A stretch of DNA of 64,000 nucleotides from Vitrella brassicaformis CCMP3155 (Eukaryota > Protista > Chromerida), in assembly GCA_001179505.1 (NCBI GenBank), contig CDMY01000319.1, forward strand, positions 59,143 to 123,142, given 5' to 3'. The notes beneath the pieces are model-generated. The model saw only the letters and a program-made list of their open reading frames with translations. It made no database searches and was not told the origin of the DNA. The translations under genes and the position numbers were made by a program. Shown here piece after piece: positions 36,734-49,980 of this stretch. The stretch's first letter is position 1. The number at the start of each line of letters is the position of its first letter.

Positions 36734-39700
36734 CACCGCCGCTGGTGGCCGGCCGTGCTGATCGTGATCGTGATGTGGCGACGCCGGCAGGTGGTGTGGG
36801 GAGGGTTGAGGGCGAGAAGGATCAGGACCGGCCGCCAGCGGCGCTCAACGAGCTTCGATATCAGAAGAAGAGCATGGACGAGATCGCCAGGGAGAGGCGG
36901 GAGGCCAGGCGGAAGGAGGAGGAAGAGCTGCAGGTGGGGTGGGGTGGCCACTGGCCGACATGACAGACACTTTGTTGATGGATGGATGGATGGATGTGTG
37001 CGTCTGATCTCTCTCTCCCTTTGTCTGTGTCGCATGCAGCGTCACCAGCGCGAGCGTGCCCAGGCCAAGCTGATGGAGCTGGAGCGGCGCATGAGCCATA
37101 GAAGCCACACGACAGACCTGCAGCAACAACCACCACCGACAGACACCTCCCCCAAGGCCTCTGCGTCGGCGTCAGCCTCACCCCCCATCTCCTCCTCACC
37201 CTCGCCCCCACCACCAGCAGACCACGAAGTGACAGCACCAGCACCAGCTCCAGTCCCAGTCCCAGCAACAGCAGCAGCTGCTGCTGCTGCTGCTCAGGAG
37301 TCCTCTCCGCGCTCGTCTGTGGTCGATCGGTCGTCACCTCTCGAGTGGCGGAGGGCCGCCGACTTCGGTGGGGCGGCCGACGACCGTGCATTGATCCGGA
37401 GGGGCAGCAGCGGCAGTAGTAACGACCGGCTCGGCAGCGGGAGGGACAGGGGGGAACCGTTGAGCATGCCTCCCCGGCGCGGCAGCACCAGCTTCCAGTC
37501 GCATCACGCTGAAGACGACTGGTCCAAGCTGAGGCGCGTCGACGAGGACGAGAGGTCTCCGACTGCTCGGACCGCTGGCAATCGCATCAGGGCGGTGGTT
37601 GTGGAGGCGGATGGATCGCCAAGGGCCGCAGATCAGAAGGCAGCGCCCATGCCGACGCCGAAGGCGATTGTGCGGAGAGAGGAGAGCAGGAAGCCTGAAG
37701 AACCGAAGGAGCCCATCGCACCGCCGCCCAAGGCGCCCGAGAGCGCGCCTTCCGCCGCACCGGCTCCAGCTCCGGCTGCTGCTGCTGCTGCGGCGGCGGC
37801 GCCTGTGGTCATCGCCAAGAAGGAGGCGGCTGTGCCCAAGGCCCCCAAGGCCCCGCCGACCATTTTGCAAAAGTCTCCGCCGCCCCAGCCATCGGTGTGG
37901 AAAGTGCCGGAGCGGCCTGCAGACGATCAGCGGAACCCGTCGGCTGTTTTCCCCATCACACCATTCCCCCCTCTTCGCGAGGCCTCTTCGCCCTCCCCGC
38001 CCCCTCCACCCCCCAAGCAACAGGCGCCCCCGCCCAGCTCAGAGGCGCGCCAAGATAGCCCGAGCAATAAGAACGATGTCACCGGTCCTCAGCCGTCCAC
38101 TCGTCCATCGGAGAAGCCGGCCCTCTTGCCCACGCCGATCTCGGTTGACGCTCAGAGGGGCGCGGCAGCGGCAGCCGGCCCCGGGCCACGGGGGCGGCCC
38201 AACAACAATCAGCACAGCCAGCAGGAGGCCAACCACCAGCAGGGCAGTACCACCCAGCAGCAGCAGGCCAACAACAGCCACAACAGGAGGGGCGTTGTGT
38301 CGTGGGTGGCGGTCCCGGCAGCGTCAAGGCCGAACACCGAGGGCCAGGGTCAGGGGCGTGCTGACGAGAGGGAGGGCGGGAAACACGATGAGGATGCGTC
38401 ACCCGCCAGGTGAGTGAGAGAGACGGGCTGACATCAGAGAGGGAGGCACACATAGCTATCTATCCTGACATATATGGCATTCCTGTTGATGAGTGCTGTG
38501 CCTCAGGCGTGGTTCGCGCGGCGGTCGGTCTCGTGGCGGTCGAGGCAGAGGGGCGCAATCGCTCAGCAAGCGGGAGGACAACAATGACACCAACACACAA
38601 CACAGGCCGAAGCAGCCGCCACCCGCCGCAAACCCACCTCTCTCTGTTCACAACGAAGCCACAGGTCAGTCAGCAAGGCAAAGACACACATGCCAGCGTG
38701 ATGTGATGCACGCCGTCCCATCTGCTGAGCTGTCTGCTCCTGCCTGTGTTTCTGTTTGTCTATTCTTCAGACAACGAGCCCAAGGCGGGTGCTCAGGCCC
38801 GCTCATCTCCAGATGTCGTTATGGCAGCGGCAGCGGTGGCGGCTCCTGCGGCGAGTTCCCCCAGCCAGCAGCAACAGCAGCCAGGCGGGCGGCAGAACCG
38901 CAGACAGAGGCGCGACAGCACCAAGACTCACCAACAGCACCCCAACAAGCCCGGCCACGCCCATCCCCATCACGGGCACACCCCGCCAGGCCAGATTGTC
39001 ACCCCAAGCGCGCCCATCACAGTCGACATCGAGCGCACCGGCGCCGCGCCGCCCCCATCGCAGCCACCGCCCCCTCCCGCTGTGGCCATTGCGCACCAGC
39101 CGGCCCTCCCCATCACTCCGCATATGCCAGTGACGGTCCCGACGGCCTCTGCGCCGGCTGCGGCTGCTGCTGTCGCTGCTTCGCCTGTGGTCGTTGTCAA
39201 GGAGAGGCCGAAAGAGGATAATGCGCAGGCGGCAGGGGTGGCGTCCGCGACCCCCACCAAGCAGCGGTGGCAGAAGAAGGCCAGCGGGACAGACAACCAG
39301 CCGCCACCAAAGGCACCTGCCGTCATGGAGCCCCCCAAGACACCTACGCCCACCGCACCGCAGCCATCGCCATCCCCAGCAGCAGCAGCGGCAGCGGGTG
39401 GAGCCAATGCCAGCGCCAACCACCGCGAGCGTGGCAGAGGGCGAGACCGCGGCAAGAGAGCCGGTGGGGCTTCTGGCCACCAGCAAGCTCCACCCCAGCA
39501 GGAGGCAGCAGCCAATGACAATGACAATCCCTCCTCTCCACCACCGCCCCCACCCGCCCCACCCGCTGGTCCCGAGGAGGGCACGAAGGAGGACGAGTCG
39601 GTCCCTGCACCCGCAGCGCTTGAAGCTACAGCCGCTGGGGCAGAAGCTGCAGCTGTAGGGGCGTCCAATGAGCAGCCCGCTCAGCGCGAGGACAAGGGGA

Positions 39701-40364
39701 GGCGTCGGGGAGGCCGTGGCGGGCACAGAGACAGGGAGAGAGGCGGTGAAGGTCACAAGGAGGGCAGGCGGGAGAGAGACCGACGCGGCAGGGACAGGGA
39801 CAGGGACAGGGACAGGGCGGCCAAAGGGAATGGCAAGGCGTCGTGGCTGCAAGTCAACAACAACACCAACGTGTCGCCAGAGCAGCCCGCCGCACAGCAG
39901 CAGCCGGCGGAGCAGCCGACGGAGCCGTCCCCTGCTCCCCCACCACCAGCCGCAGCCGCAGCTGCACCACCAGCTGCGGCTGGTTCCTCCTCAGATCATC
40001 ATCCCCCAGCGAAGCCGCAGCCCCACTCCCCCGCCCCTCTCCACGTCACTGTTCACGTTCCCGCCCGGCCCGTGCAGCAGCATCAGCAGCAGCAGCAGCC
40101 GAAGCAACCGGTGCCTTTCCATGAGACCAACCCGCGGCCGCCTCCCTCGGTGCACGTGAGGCCCCAACATCAGCACCGCCCGCCACACAGGCCGGTACAC
40201 GCGGCTGCCCCAGCTGCGGTGAGTGCCTTCCCGCCCCCGAAGATCCTGCCGGTGCCCGGCGCCAGGGTGCCCGTCCCTCCGAAGGTGCGTGTGGTGTGCG
40301 GGGGGATGTGTTGTGTCTGCACAGTACAGTGGTCGTCCGGTGTCTCTCACTCACTTTGATGTGG

Positions 40365-40398
<34 letters not shown>

Positions 40399-42373
40399 GG
40401 TGGTGATGACAGAGACGCCTTCCCCAAGGCAAAGGCGGCAGGTACGGGACGGACGGGAGAGCGATAATCAATGCTCTCACATATGTGTGCACAGAACAGC
40501 TCTCATGTTGACGTCTGTGTGTGTGATCGATGGATGCGTCGCTTGTCCATCCATCCAGCAGGTGTCCGCCCTCCTCATGAAGGCCCTCCTGCAGGCGGCC
40601 CGAAGGCGCAGAGTCCCACAGCAGCCGCAGCAGCAGCTGCTGCTGCTGCGGCACCATCGCCAGCCACGGAGGCCGCTGTGCGGTCCACCATGCCAAAGGG
40701 ACCGCCCCCTGCCGTGCGGTACGCCCGCACCCTCACACACACAGCACGCCCAGCACCCAATCAATGCACACGCGCTCGTGTGTGGTGTGTCAATGCGTCA
40801 ATCGTGTGTGTCAGGTCTGGTCCGGCTCCATCGCATCAGCCACATCCCCCGAAGGTGGAGTTCGGTGTGCGTCGGTCGGCCTCGCCCCCCACAGAGGCCG
40901 TCACGTTCGACCTGGGCCGGCGGCCACCGCTGCCCAAACAGGCCCCTGCGAAAGCACCACCAGAGGTGAGAGAGTGACGTGGCATCAAGGCACGACATCC
41001 AGTGGACTGGTTGTTGTCTCTTTCCTTATCAGATACGCCCTCCCCCGCGGGCAGCCCCGCCCACCCCTGCACCTGCCGCAGCTGCTGAGCAGGCAGCCAC
41101 CTCCCCACAGCAGCAGCAGAAGCCGCCGCCGCAGCAGCAGCAGCAGGCGGCCGCCACTCACGTGCCACCGGTGCGGGCTGAGGGGCCTAACCAGCTGGCC
41201 ATCAACACGGCGAGAGGCCCGCACACCCATTCGCATGGCCATGGGCAAGGAGCAGGCAATGCGATGAGTCTGGGGTCGCCCCCGCCGTTCATCAAGCAGA
41301 TCTGGAGCAAACCTGAGGAGACCGAGGGCGGTGGTGCGCACGGCCAGCATGGTGGTGGTCACGAGAGGATGCAGATCGGCCCCTTTGCCAACTCCAGTGG
41401 CGTGTTTGTGCCCTCGACGTCCGCGGCGGGCAGCCCGCCGGCCGTCAGACCTTTCGTCGGTGCCCGCATGCCCAATGGTCCGAGTGCGCCACCACCTGCG
41501 CGGCCCCCACCCCCCCACTCGATGAACGGTACGCCTGCCCCCTACCCGCCGCCGCCACAGGACGCTCCACCGGCGATCTTGAACGGAGCTGGCCCGGCAC
41601 CGGCCTCTCTGACGCCCAACGAGTTTGTTTCGCGTCCCCCCCCTCCCCCACCGAAGCGACCGGTCTATCGCCCCCGGTTGCCTGATGCACCCGATGTGCG
41701 GTCCGAGCGGTCCGGGGCGTCGCAGCAACAGCAGGGAGCTCAGGCGTCTAGAGGGGTGGATCATGCGCACGTGGGTGCGGACCAGCCGTCGGGGCTCAAG
41801 CACATCGGCAAAGCCAGAGGCGGGGCGCGGTCACCTGTGCCGCGCAACGCTGCTGCACATGGTGCTGCTGGTGTTGGTGGCCCGTACGGCCACCCCCACG
41901 GCCAGGCGTCGCCGTCTTACTACATGTACCAGCAGGGGCCGTCCGGCGGTCAGTACAACCACTTTGCCGAGCAGCCATCGCATCAACAACAGCAGCAGCA
42001 GCATCACCCCCACCCCGCGCAGCAGCAGCGGCAGCAGCACGGTGACAAGACCAGTCCTCCCCAGCAGCACCAGCACCAGCCGGCCCCACCGCCCGTGTAC
42101 ACTAACCACCACAGAGGGGGGGGCCCTGGGGCATCATACTATGGGCCGTCTCCCCATCCACCACATCAGGCAGGCAGGGGCGGCGTCAACCACAACCACA
42201 GTCACATGCGAGGAGGTGGCCAACACGGCGGGTCTGGGCCGGGGAGGGGGTACCGAGGGGGCAGCAGGGGAGGCGGCAACCATCACTACCACAATCACCA
42301 TCACCAGCACCACAACAACGCCTATCTCCCGCATCAGCAGAACACCGCTGCCGTGTGGGCCAAGAAGGCGTAG
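34744..42373 (+). CDS. Intrinsically disordered protein of about 2200 aa, PRRC2/BAT2 (MOS1)-like
   Basis: Ten exons splice in one frame from MSQPPGNRGRGG to ...AAVWAKKA*. Short conserved-looking islands are VDFPSLS, PRVAWADVEDDEE and a coil SMDEIARERREARRKEEEELQRHQRERAQAKLMELERRM. It also has RGG, polyQ, polyP and His-rich tracts. The CDS is secure, the family call is inference. Confidence 0.7.
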
Positions 42374-43890
42374 AGATGGGGATGGGCCAAGAAGGAGGGC
42401 GGGCGTTTCTTCTTCGTTTTAAACCAGGATAACGTGCCATGAATGCCATGAATGCCGTCCGTGTCAGCCGTCAGTCAATTGAATGTGAGTGTCTTCCAAC
42501 GTGTGTGAGTCTGTGTGTCGGGTGTCTGCGGCTTAATTCGGACGGAGAGACGAAGGGATGGAGGGAGGGAGGGAGGGAGGGAGGAGGTGTTCTTGCCACC
42601 ACCTACCTGCTTGCTCCAAAGGTTTTGACGACCGACTGCCCGACTGCATGATCCACACGTACATACACACACACTGTCTGTCTGTCTAGACTGACTGACT
42701 GACCTGGGTGTTCTGATCCGCCTTGATTATTCAATTCCACACACACATCTCTGTATGTGTGCGTGTCTGTATTTCTATCTTGTTACCTACCTACCTATAG
42801 ATGCGCAAGACAAGCCCGAATTTCCTGCCCAGCGGAACAAACAAGAGTGCTTTGAGTGAGTGTACACCGACTTCTTCGTTTCCTGATGGAGAGGAAGGCC
42901 GTGGACAGATGGACAGATGGATGGACAGATGGAGCGATGGATGGATGGGGAGCGAGGTAACGGGGAGACAGAGAGACCGACAGAGATAGGCGGAGCAGAC
43001 GAGCCGAAATGGGATGGGGGCAGACAGAGATGGACATGACATGGCCGGCCGGCCGACACACAGACTGCGTGGCCCGGCCCACATGCGATCGATCGAACCA
43101 CCCATCCCCATCCGATCCACCCACAGGGAATGTCGGTGTGTGTGAGTTCGTATTTTTTTGGGTGCTTGCAGCGTGAATGAATGAATGGACGAATGGATGG
43201 ATGGATGGACGACTGTGTGCCTTCTGCCTGTCTGTGTGGGTGCCGTGGGTAATTTGCAGCGCCTGATACCGGTGCATGTGATGGCCTGCCTGACTTTGAC
43301 GTACTTGATTGGGTGGTTGGATGGCGCTGCATGTGACTGAATTCCATGTGTGTCACGGAGTGTGTGTGGTGTGGTGTGGTGTGGTGTGAGAGACCTCCGC
43401 ATGATATTGCCTACAATGCGACTGCCTGATTCAAGCTCCAAGCAAGCTTCAGCGTCTTTGCCGATCCGCCCAAGTCCACCCCTTTAGAAGTCCCGTCACA
43501 GAGTGCTTTGTTTGTGACCATTCAATCCAGCACAGTACTTAGAATTCTCAGCCCGAAATGCGACCGCAGGCAGGCAGGCAGCTTGGCAGAGACTCACACA
43601 AGCCCTTTGTCAGACCGAACCCATCACACACAAACCTCCTCGAGTGCAGTGCAGTTGCCCTAATGCTGTACTCCACTCCCGACACCAACACAGGGCCCCC
43701 AGCGCAGTAGGCACGACAGTCCCCCCTGTCTCTCTCAAGATTCCCAACGCAGCCACGGTGGCTGTACGTATGGTGTAGTGTGTACGCAGGCAAGCCCAAA
43801 GCAGAAAACACGCCAGGCCACATCACTCACGCAGTCAGCCAAAAGACCCCCCAGCCGCCTGCCTGCCTGTCAGTCTGTCTGTCTGTCTGT

Positions 43891-46383
43891 CTAGCCCGCA
43901 TGGCCCGGCCGTGGGCGGATGACGTGGTAGACCTCAATTTCCGCCAGCTTACACTCGATGTTGCTGGCGAGTGAGCCCACCTGTGCGTCGGCCGTGTCGG
44001 AGAAGACCCCCAGCCCCTTGTAGCCGTCCGGCAGGTGCTCCAGCCTCACCCAGCACTGGCAACTCGACATGTCGATGGCCGGACCGGGGGTCGCCCACCC
44101 CAGCCACCTAGAGACAGGAGACAGGAGACAAAGTCAGTAAATGAGTGAGTTGCAGCTGAGCTGGGCGTGTTGAATATATAAGAGCGTCTGTCTGTCGCAC
44201 AGGTTGCCCCTGGCGATGCTGAGGTTGCCGCTGTAGTCCATGTCAATGGCCTTGACCGAGGGCGAGCCCGACCGCGGCAGCTCGCTCCCCGGGGCAGAGA
44301 CGCTGATGTCCTGGATCTCCTGGGGGATGTCGACCTTGGTGGGCTCGTCGTATGCGCCGCTGAGGGAGAACAAGAAGAGGGGCACCGGGTATCGGTAGGG
44401 CATCAGGTCATCCTCCTTCTGCAATTCCCGTGCTGCCAATGCTGGCATTTCTGTGTTGTTGTTGTTGTTGGTGTCGGCTTGTGGCTGCTCTTCTGTGTCG
44501 TCTTCTTGGTTGGCTTCTTCTTGCTTGGCTTCTTCTTGGTTGGCTTCTTCCTGGTTGGCTTCTCCCTGGTTGGCTTCTCCCTGGTTGGCTTCTTCTTGTG
44601 GTTGTGGTTGTGGTTGTGGTTGTGGAGGCACCAGGGGTCCGTCGATGAAGCAACCGAACCGGTGTGTGCCGCCCTCCTCCATCAGCACCAGCACCAGCCC
44701 GTATCGCTCCGGCCCCACACACCCCAGCATCGTGCCGTAACCGAAACCGTCCCTTGTCGCTCTGCAGACCACACAGACATAGAGAGGGAGACACCATCCA
44801 TCCATCCATTCATGTGTCTCTAAACCCTTCCTCACTTGAAGACGAGTGTAGCTTTGACCGTATTGTCTTTGCCGGCCATCTCGATGATGTCCTGCAGTTC
44901 GTCCTCCCACATCAGCGGGCCGTAGGCGCTGCCGAGCGTCAACCCTTGTATCTTGGCGTGGTTCGGGAGCTGCCCCGCCGTTTTGGGCGGCTTGACGGCC
45001 GTGCCGGGGGCTGCCAGACGCTGCCGACGGCAGAAGTCCACCAACTTGAGCAGATCGGCGGATGACATCTTGCCAATCTTCGACTCGTTGCTGCAGTAAC
45101 ACAGCAACGATCTCTGTATCTCTCCTCTCTCCCTCTGTGAGTGAGTGTGCGTAGAGAGGAAGACTACTTGTGGAAGGCAGTGTAGAGGTGTTTGTCCCGT
45201 CCGATGAGCCTCAGGGTGGCCTCGGTGGTCGACACGGTCTTGGTCAGGATGCGCACCGACTTGACTGAGTTCTCGTCCGCACTCCAGGTCTTAAGGAAGG
45301 GGGAGATAGTCCTGTTCAGTGTCAGTCAGAGTTCGAACGAACAAGACCCACCATTCTACAGCACGTTCGGTGTGAGGTGGGTGCCTCTTGGAGTGAGTGA
45401 CCTGTAGAATTTCTTGAGGCCGTGCTCCACCTCCAGCAGGGCCTCCAACCTGAACCAATGAGCCAACAAAGGCGTTGAGTGGATATACCGGTTGCTTAGT
45501 GAGTCAGAGAGTCAAGAGTCTTACGCGTCCATGGCGCGCGCTTGGTGGGTCTTCATCTCGATCACCGGGCTGCTCTTGCCCCCGCCAGGTCCACCCTTTG
45601 TGTCAACATGTCGCTCTTTGGCCGCCGTCGCTGCGTTGTGTAGCTCTTCCTCTGCCTCCTCGTATTCCCGGAGGAGCTTGGCAATGTTGGTCTTGTTGGT
45701 GAACAGCAGCTCGTGGTAGAACAGGGATGACGTGTCCCTGTCGTGGGGGGCCACCAGCTCGATCTTGTGCTTCTCGCCACGGAGCTCGGCGGCCCCCGCC
45801 GTCGCCAACTCGTCAAACAGCCTGCAAATACAGACAGAGTCATCAACACACATACCGTACAGTGTCTGAGGGGCAGGCAGTCAGTCAGTCGCCCTTCCTT
45901 TCCTTACACACCAGTCCATATACACGGGGTCTGCGTCGAGGAAGGGCCGTCCCTTACTGTCTTTGGGCAGGCTGTCGAGGTAGTACAGCAGGATGTGGGC
46001 GATGAACGAGTCCCTCACGGGCGGCGACTGCAGGAGGAGGGGCCTCTTGGGCGCGGCCAGCACTCGGCCCCCCACGTTGAGTTCAATCTCCTCCTCCGAC
46101 TCCCGGCCGGTCTCGCCCCTGCGCACCTTCAACAAGTCATCCACGATTTGCTGAAGGAATGAAACAAGCGCACATACAGAGTCCGACCCACCCACCCACA
46201 CTGGGAGGGAGGGGAGGCGTGGCTGCCATGCCTGCGAACGTGCCTTGCCTGGTGTTTCTCGAGGAGTTCTGCCATGTGTTTGGTGGCCTGGACGCCCCGC
46301 TTGAGGGATGTGGTGAGGTGGGGGGGCAGCGACGTCGCCGACGCACCACCCGACTTGGGACTGTGGGGATCCGCCTTGTACAT
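43891..46383 (-). CDS. BTB/POZ-like plus TLDc-domain protein
   Basis: N-terminal IELNVGGRVLAAPKRPLLL...FIAHILL...GRPFLDADPVYMDWL (KCTD-type BTB-like), a degenerate second BTB-like segment (SVRILTKTVSTTEATL), and TLDc-like LVFKATRDGFGY...LVL...HRFGCFIDGPL...FLFSLSG...EIEVYHV. TAG stop at 43891-43893. Confidence 0.75.
44506..44595 (-). repeat. Coding 15-bp tandem repeat x6 encoding (E/G)EA(N/K)Q
   Basis: Plus-strand units of the form (t/c)tg(g/c)ttggcttct(t/c)c are read directly six times. They are flanked on one side by a (GTTGTG)n Pro-Gln tract and, a little further on the other, by a poly-Asn tract. Confidence 0.9.
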
Positions 46384-49086
46384 CTTCTGCGGTCAATGGG
46401 GAGCGTGGTGGACCAGCGATGGCCGAGGGAAAGGTGGACGCCCGTGTGAGGCGGGGGGGAAGGGAAGCCCCAAATGAAGAGTTTCAAGCGCGACTTAGGG
46501 TATGGGGCGGTGGTGTGGTGATTGAGCAAGAAATGCAATCATGATCGGACCAATTGGATCGGACACACGTCACGCAGGCACCAACAGATTGGTGCATGTC
46601 TTTTCGTGCATGTGTCGGATCATCACGCACATACCGGTCAGTCAGAGCCAGTCAGTTGAGCACAGTCCTGCATCCACGGTACGCATCCATCCAAACCATC
46701 CGGCCGCCCGCCCGTCTGTCTCACGAACGTTGACAGCCGCCTGCCTGCCTGCCTGTCCGCTACCGCCGTGCGTCTGCTGTGGTGTAAGGTGGATATATAC
46801 TACAGACAGTGAGTGCAAGTGAGTGAAGGAGAGGGAGGGAATCGGAGAGAGAAGTACACGTAAGCTTGCAATCAATCAAATGTGTCTGTGTAGTCAGTCC
46901 ATGGTGTACTGTACACACTGCACGGTCCGGACGGAGGCAGGGGAGGTAGGACAGGCGGTGAGGGAGGTGAGGGATGGGCGAGCGAGCTCTCTACGCACAT
47001 AACAAAGTCGTCAGAGAAATAACCACAGCCACCGAGAAGCGACGTCGAAGAGTGAGTGAGCTATTACTGATGGCTATTCACTCATTCGGTCGTCGGCCTG
47101 TCTCATCAGATGATCTCTCTCTTGGATCTGATCTGCCCTCTCACACACACACACACACACGAGACACACACACACGAGACACACACACGCACTTTGTTGT
47201 ACGTACGAACGCAGCCCGGCCGGCCAACGAGCCTGACCTGTTCTGTTGGGAAAGCGAGTCGCTCGCTGTCTATGCCAGCCAGCTAGCCACTCATTTAACC
47301 CAACCAGACATCGATCATCACATATCAAGAAAGAGAGAGGGCATCTCACCGACGACACACATACAAAACACTCCAGCACCATACCACACGCCATACACAT
47401 CAATCACATCACACAACAAACAGGCGCTACATCACACTGCGTTGTATGTAGGGTTTTATGTACTGCGGATTGCAAAAGACCAGACCAGTCAGCTCCATCC
47501 ATCCATCCATCCGCCCATGCAGGCCTAGTCTACGTCAGCCACATACACACACACATGTACATCTGTACACAATCAAACACACACACACATACGGGAGCCG
47601 CGCCAGGCACACCACGCCATGCCATGAGGGAGACAAGACCTCACCTCACGGCGGGAGAGCCCGCCGCCTGACATACGCACATATACATGTATGTGATGCG
47701 CTGTGTGTGGTGAAAGACGAAGGAAGGACGGTTCTATCTAAGCCAAGGCACGTATGGAAGGGGAGGGAGGAGAGGAGGAAAGGTGGGGCACTACTACACG
47801 GCCCGAACGCTCACCCATTCGTGCAGCATTGCAATCATTGCTTATATGAAATTACATACGTACGTATGAATGTATGTGTGCACTAATTGACAACAGACCA
47901 GCATAGCCTTTGCATGCCGAGATGTAGATGCATGTACCTGTACCTTACGTGCCTCTACGCCCACACCCAAGCCAAGCCAAGCCAAGCCACAGTAAGTAGC
48001 AGCCACACCACCACACCGAGCCAGCAGTGGGAGGGAAGACATCACGCTACCTGCCAGCCAGCCCACAGATCGCTCCCAAAACGCAACCCGCAAACCACAA
48101 GAGGGAAAACAACCGAGAAATGAGAGAGAGAGAGAGAGAGAGAGGGAGGGGGGGGGAGGGATGGACCCGTCTTACCAAAGGTGCATTTATCAAGAAACGA
48201 GCACAAAACGACCAAAATCCAAAAGAAGAAACGGCCAAAAGTAGATAGAGACGACCAAACACGCTGTGCGCCGTCCTGGACACACACAGGACCGGACCGA
48301 CACACACACACATACACACTAAAGGCCTCTGACGCACACACCAGCCAGCAACACATCCACTCTTTAGAGAGACACGCCGCGATTGGCGAAGCACGGACGA
48401 AGGGACTCAAACAAGCCACACACGCCGGCCGACACATTCCAATCCAATCCAAACACTTCTCAGGCAAAATGTCTTGCTTCGCCACACACGCGCAACATAA
48501 CATACATCCAGACCGACAGATGAACAGCCAAGCCGAGGTAGCAAAAAGCGGAAACAGACAGACAGACAGAGACAGACAGACAGACGGAGAGGACGCAGAG
48601 GGGGAGATGGGGAGAGGCGGACAGAGAGCCCCGTGGCCTGTGGTCCATCAGCTATGGCAGCTGAGTGAGGACGGCCAGACAAACAGACAGCAGATTCGAT
48701 GACTCAGCCGTCCGTCCGTCCGTCCATGCATCCATCCACAGCTTCGTGTATGACTGCGTGCAGCGAGAAATATGGACCCGCGCCGCCGGAAAGGGCGAAA
48801 AAAACGTAAAACAAACACTCCCACGGGTCACACACACACACACACACATGCAGCCAAGACACATCGACCGACCGACAGAGAGAGAGAGAGAGAGTGATGG
48901 TGCCACCCACCTGCCGACAGACAGACAGACACACTCATTCATTCATCGACGCTGCTGGTGCCGCGCCCAAATTGACACGGAGGAAGAGGGAGGCACACAA
49001 AGAATGACAGACGCACGCAAGGATAGCATAAACCAGATGGACTATTCTTTCTGTACACCATACCTCACCCAAACGCTTTTTGTGCT

Positions 49087-49386
49087 NNNNNNNNNNNNNN
49101 NNNNNNNNNNNNNNNNNNNNNNNNNNNNNNNNNNNNNNNNNNNNNNNNNNNNNNNNNNNNNNNNNNNNNNNNNNNNNNNNNNNNNNNNNNNNNNNNNNNN
49201 NNNNNNNNNNNNNNNNNNNNNNNNNNNNNNNNNNNNNNNNNNNNNNNNNNNNNNNNNNNNNNNNNNNNNNNNNNNNNNNNNNNNNNNNNNNNNNNNNNNN
49301 NNNNNNNNNNNNNNNNNNNNNNNNNNNNNNNNNNNNNNNNNNNNNNNNNNNNNNNNNNNNNNNNNNNNNNNNNNNNNNNNNNNNNN
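49087..49386. other. Assembly gap (300 N)
   Basis: Run of n characters, followed by a poly-C tract. ORFs spanning it are artefacts. Confidence 0.99.
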
Positions 49387-49592
49387 GGCCCCCCCCCCCC
49401 CCCCCTCCCACCCCACATAATGAACCGCACCCTTGTGTTTAGGCATTCAGGGGAATAAGAGTGTGCGTGGTCGGTGATTGGCTGATTGGCCGCTGCTCAT
49501 CTTCCTCTGTTGGTTGGTGATGCTGAGTGATGCTGTGGGCGTTTGTCTGTCTGTCTGTCTGTCTGTCGGTCCATCGAATCGATCGCCTTTCC

Positions 49593-49948
49593 TCATGACG
49601 CAGATTGCGTCGGGCACTTGCCCTGACTGAGGCACCGATAGAGGATGGGCAGCGACTCCAGCGAACAGCAACGCACGCGCCAAGAACCGCCATAACGAGT
49701 CGATATCATCTGCATGTACCATGACCCCATACATACAAGCAAACAGGCATGATCCAAGAGCCGCTCGTGGATGGGATGAATCGGTGGCATGGCATGCGTC
49801 TGTGGCGTATGTGGCGTACAATTTCGAGTTTCTTGTGTTCCCTGATTCTGCACGCGACAATGTCGTCTCTGTTGAAGGCCTCGCGGGGTCCGCGCTCGTC
49901 GCTCTTGGGAGACGGGAACGACACAAGCCGACCGGTCGCCTGTGCCAC

Positions 49949-49980
<32 letters not shown>

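Noticed and set aside
36014-42422. Many long overlapping alternative-frame and antisense ORFs (e.g. 37599-38417 +, 38803-39852 -, 40985-41803 -)
   Set aside because: They are shadows of a GC-rich, low-complexity coding region. One spliced frame explains the locus, and the others show no domain signal.
43891-44110. Apparent frameshift in the last exon of the TLDc gene
   Set aside because: Careful reverse-complementing (five C's at ~44007-44011) gives a continuous frame ending EIEVYHV...AG*.
45330-45560. Apparent phase conflict or premature stop (…AMDA*) in the BTB-TLDc gene
   Set aside because: Using the phase-0 donor after ...GKSSP and the 48-nt exon VGGPAGGGARPQEILQ restores the frame into DYLPFLK.
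46974-47528. Plus-strand ORF MGERALYAHNKVVRE...
   Set aside because: It runs into CA-microsatellite translations (HTHT), has no domain signal, and conflicts with the local minus-strand intron polarity.
48665-49446. Several ORFs containing long X runs
   Set aside because: They span the 300-N assembly gap and are artefacts.
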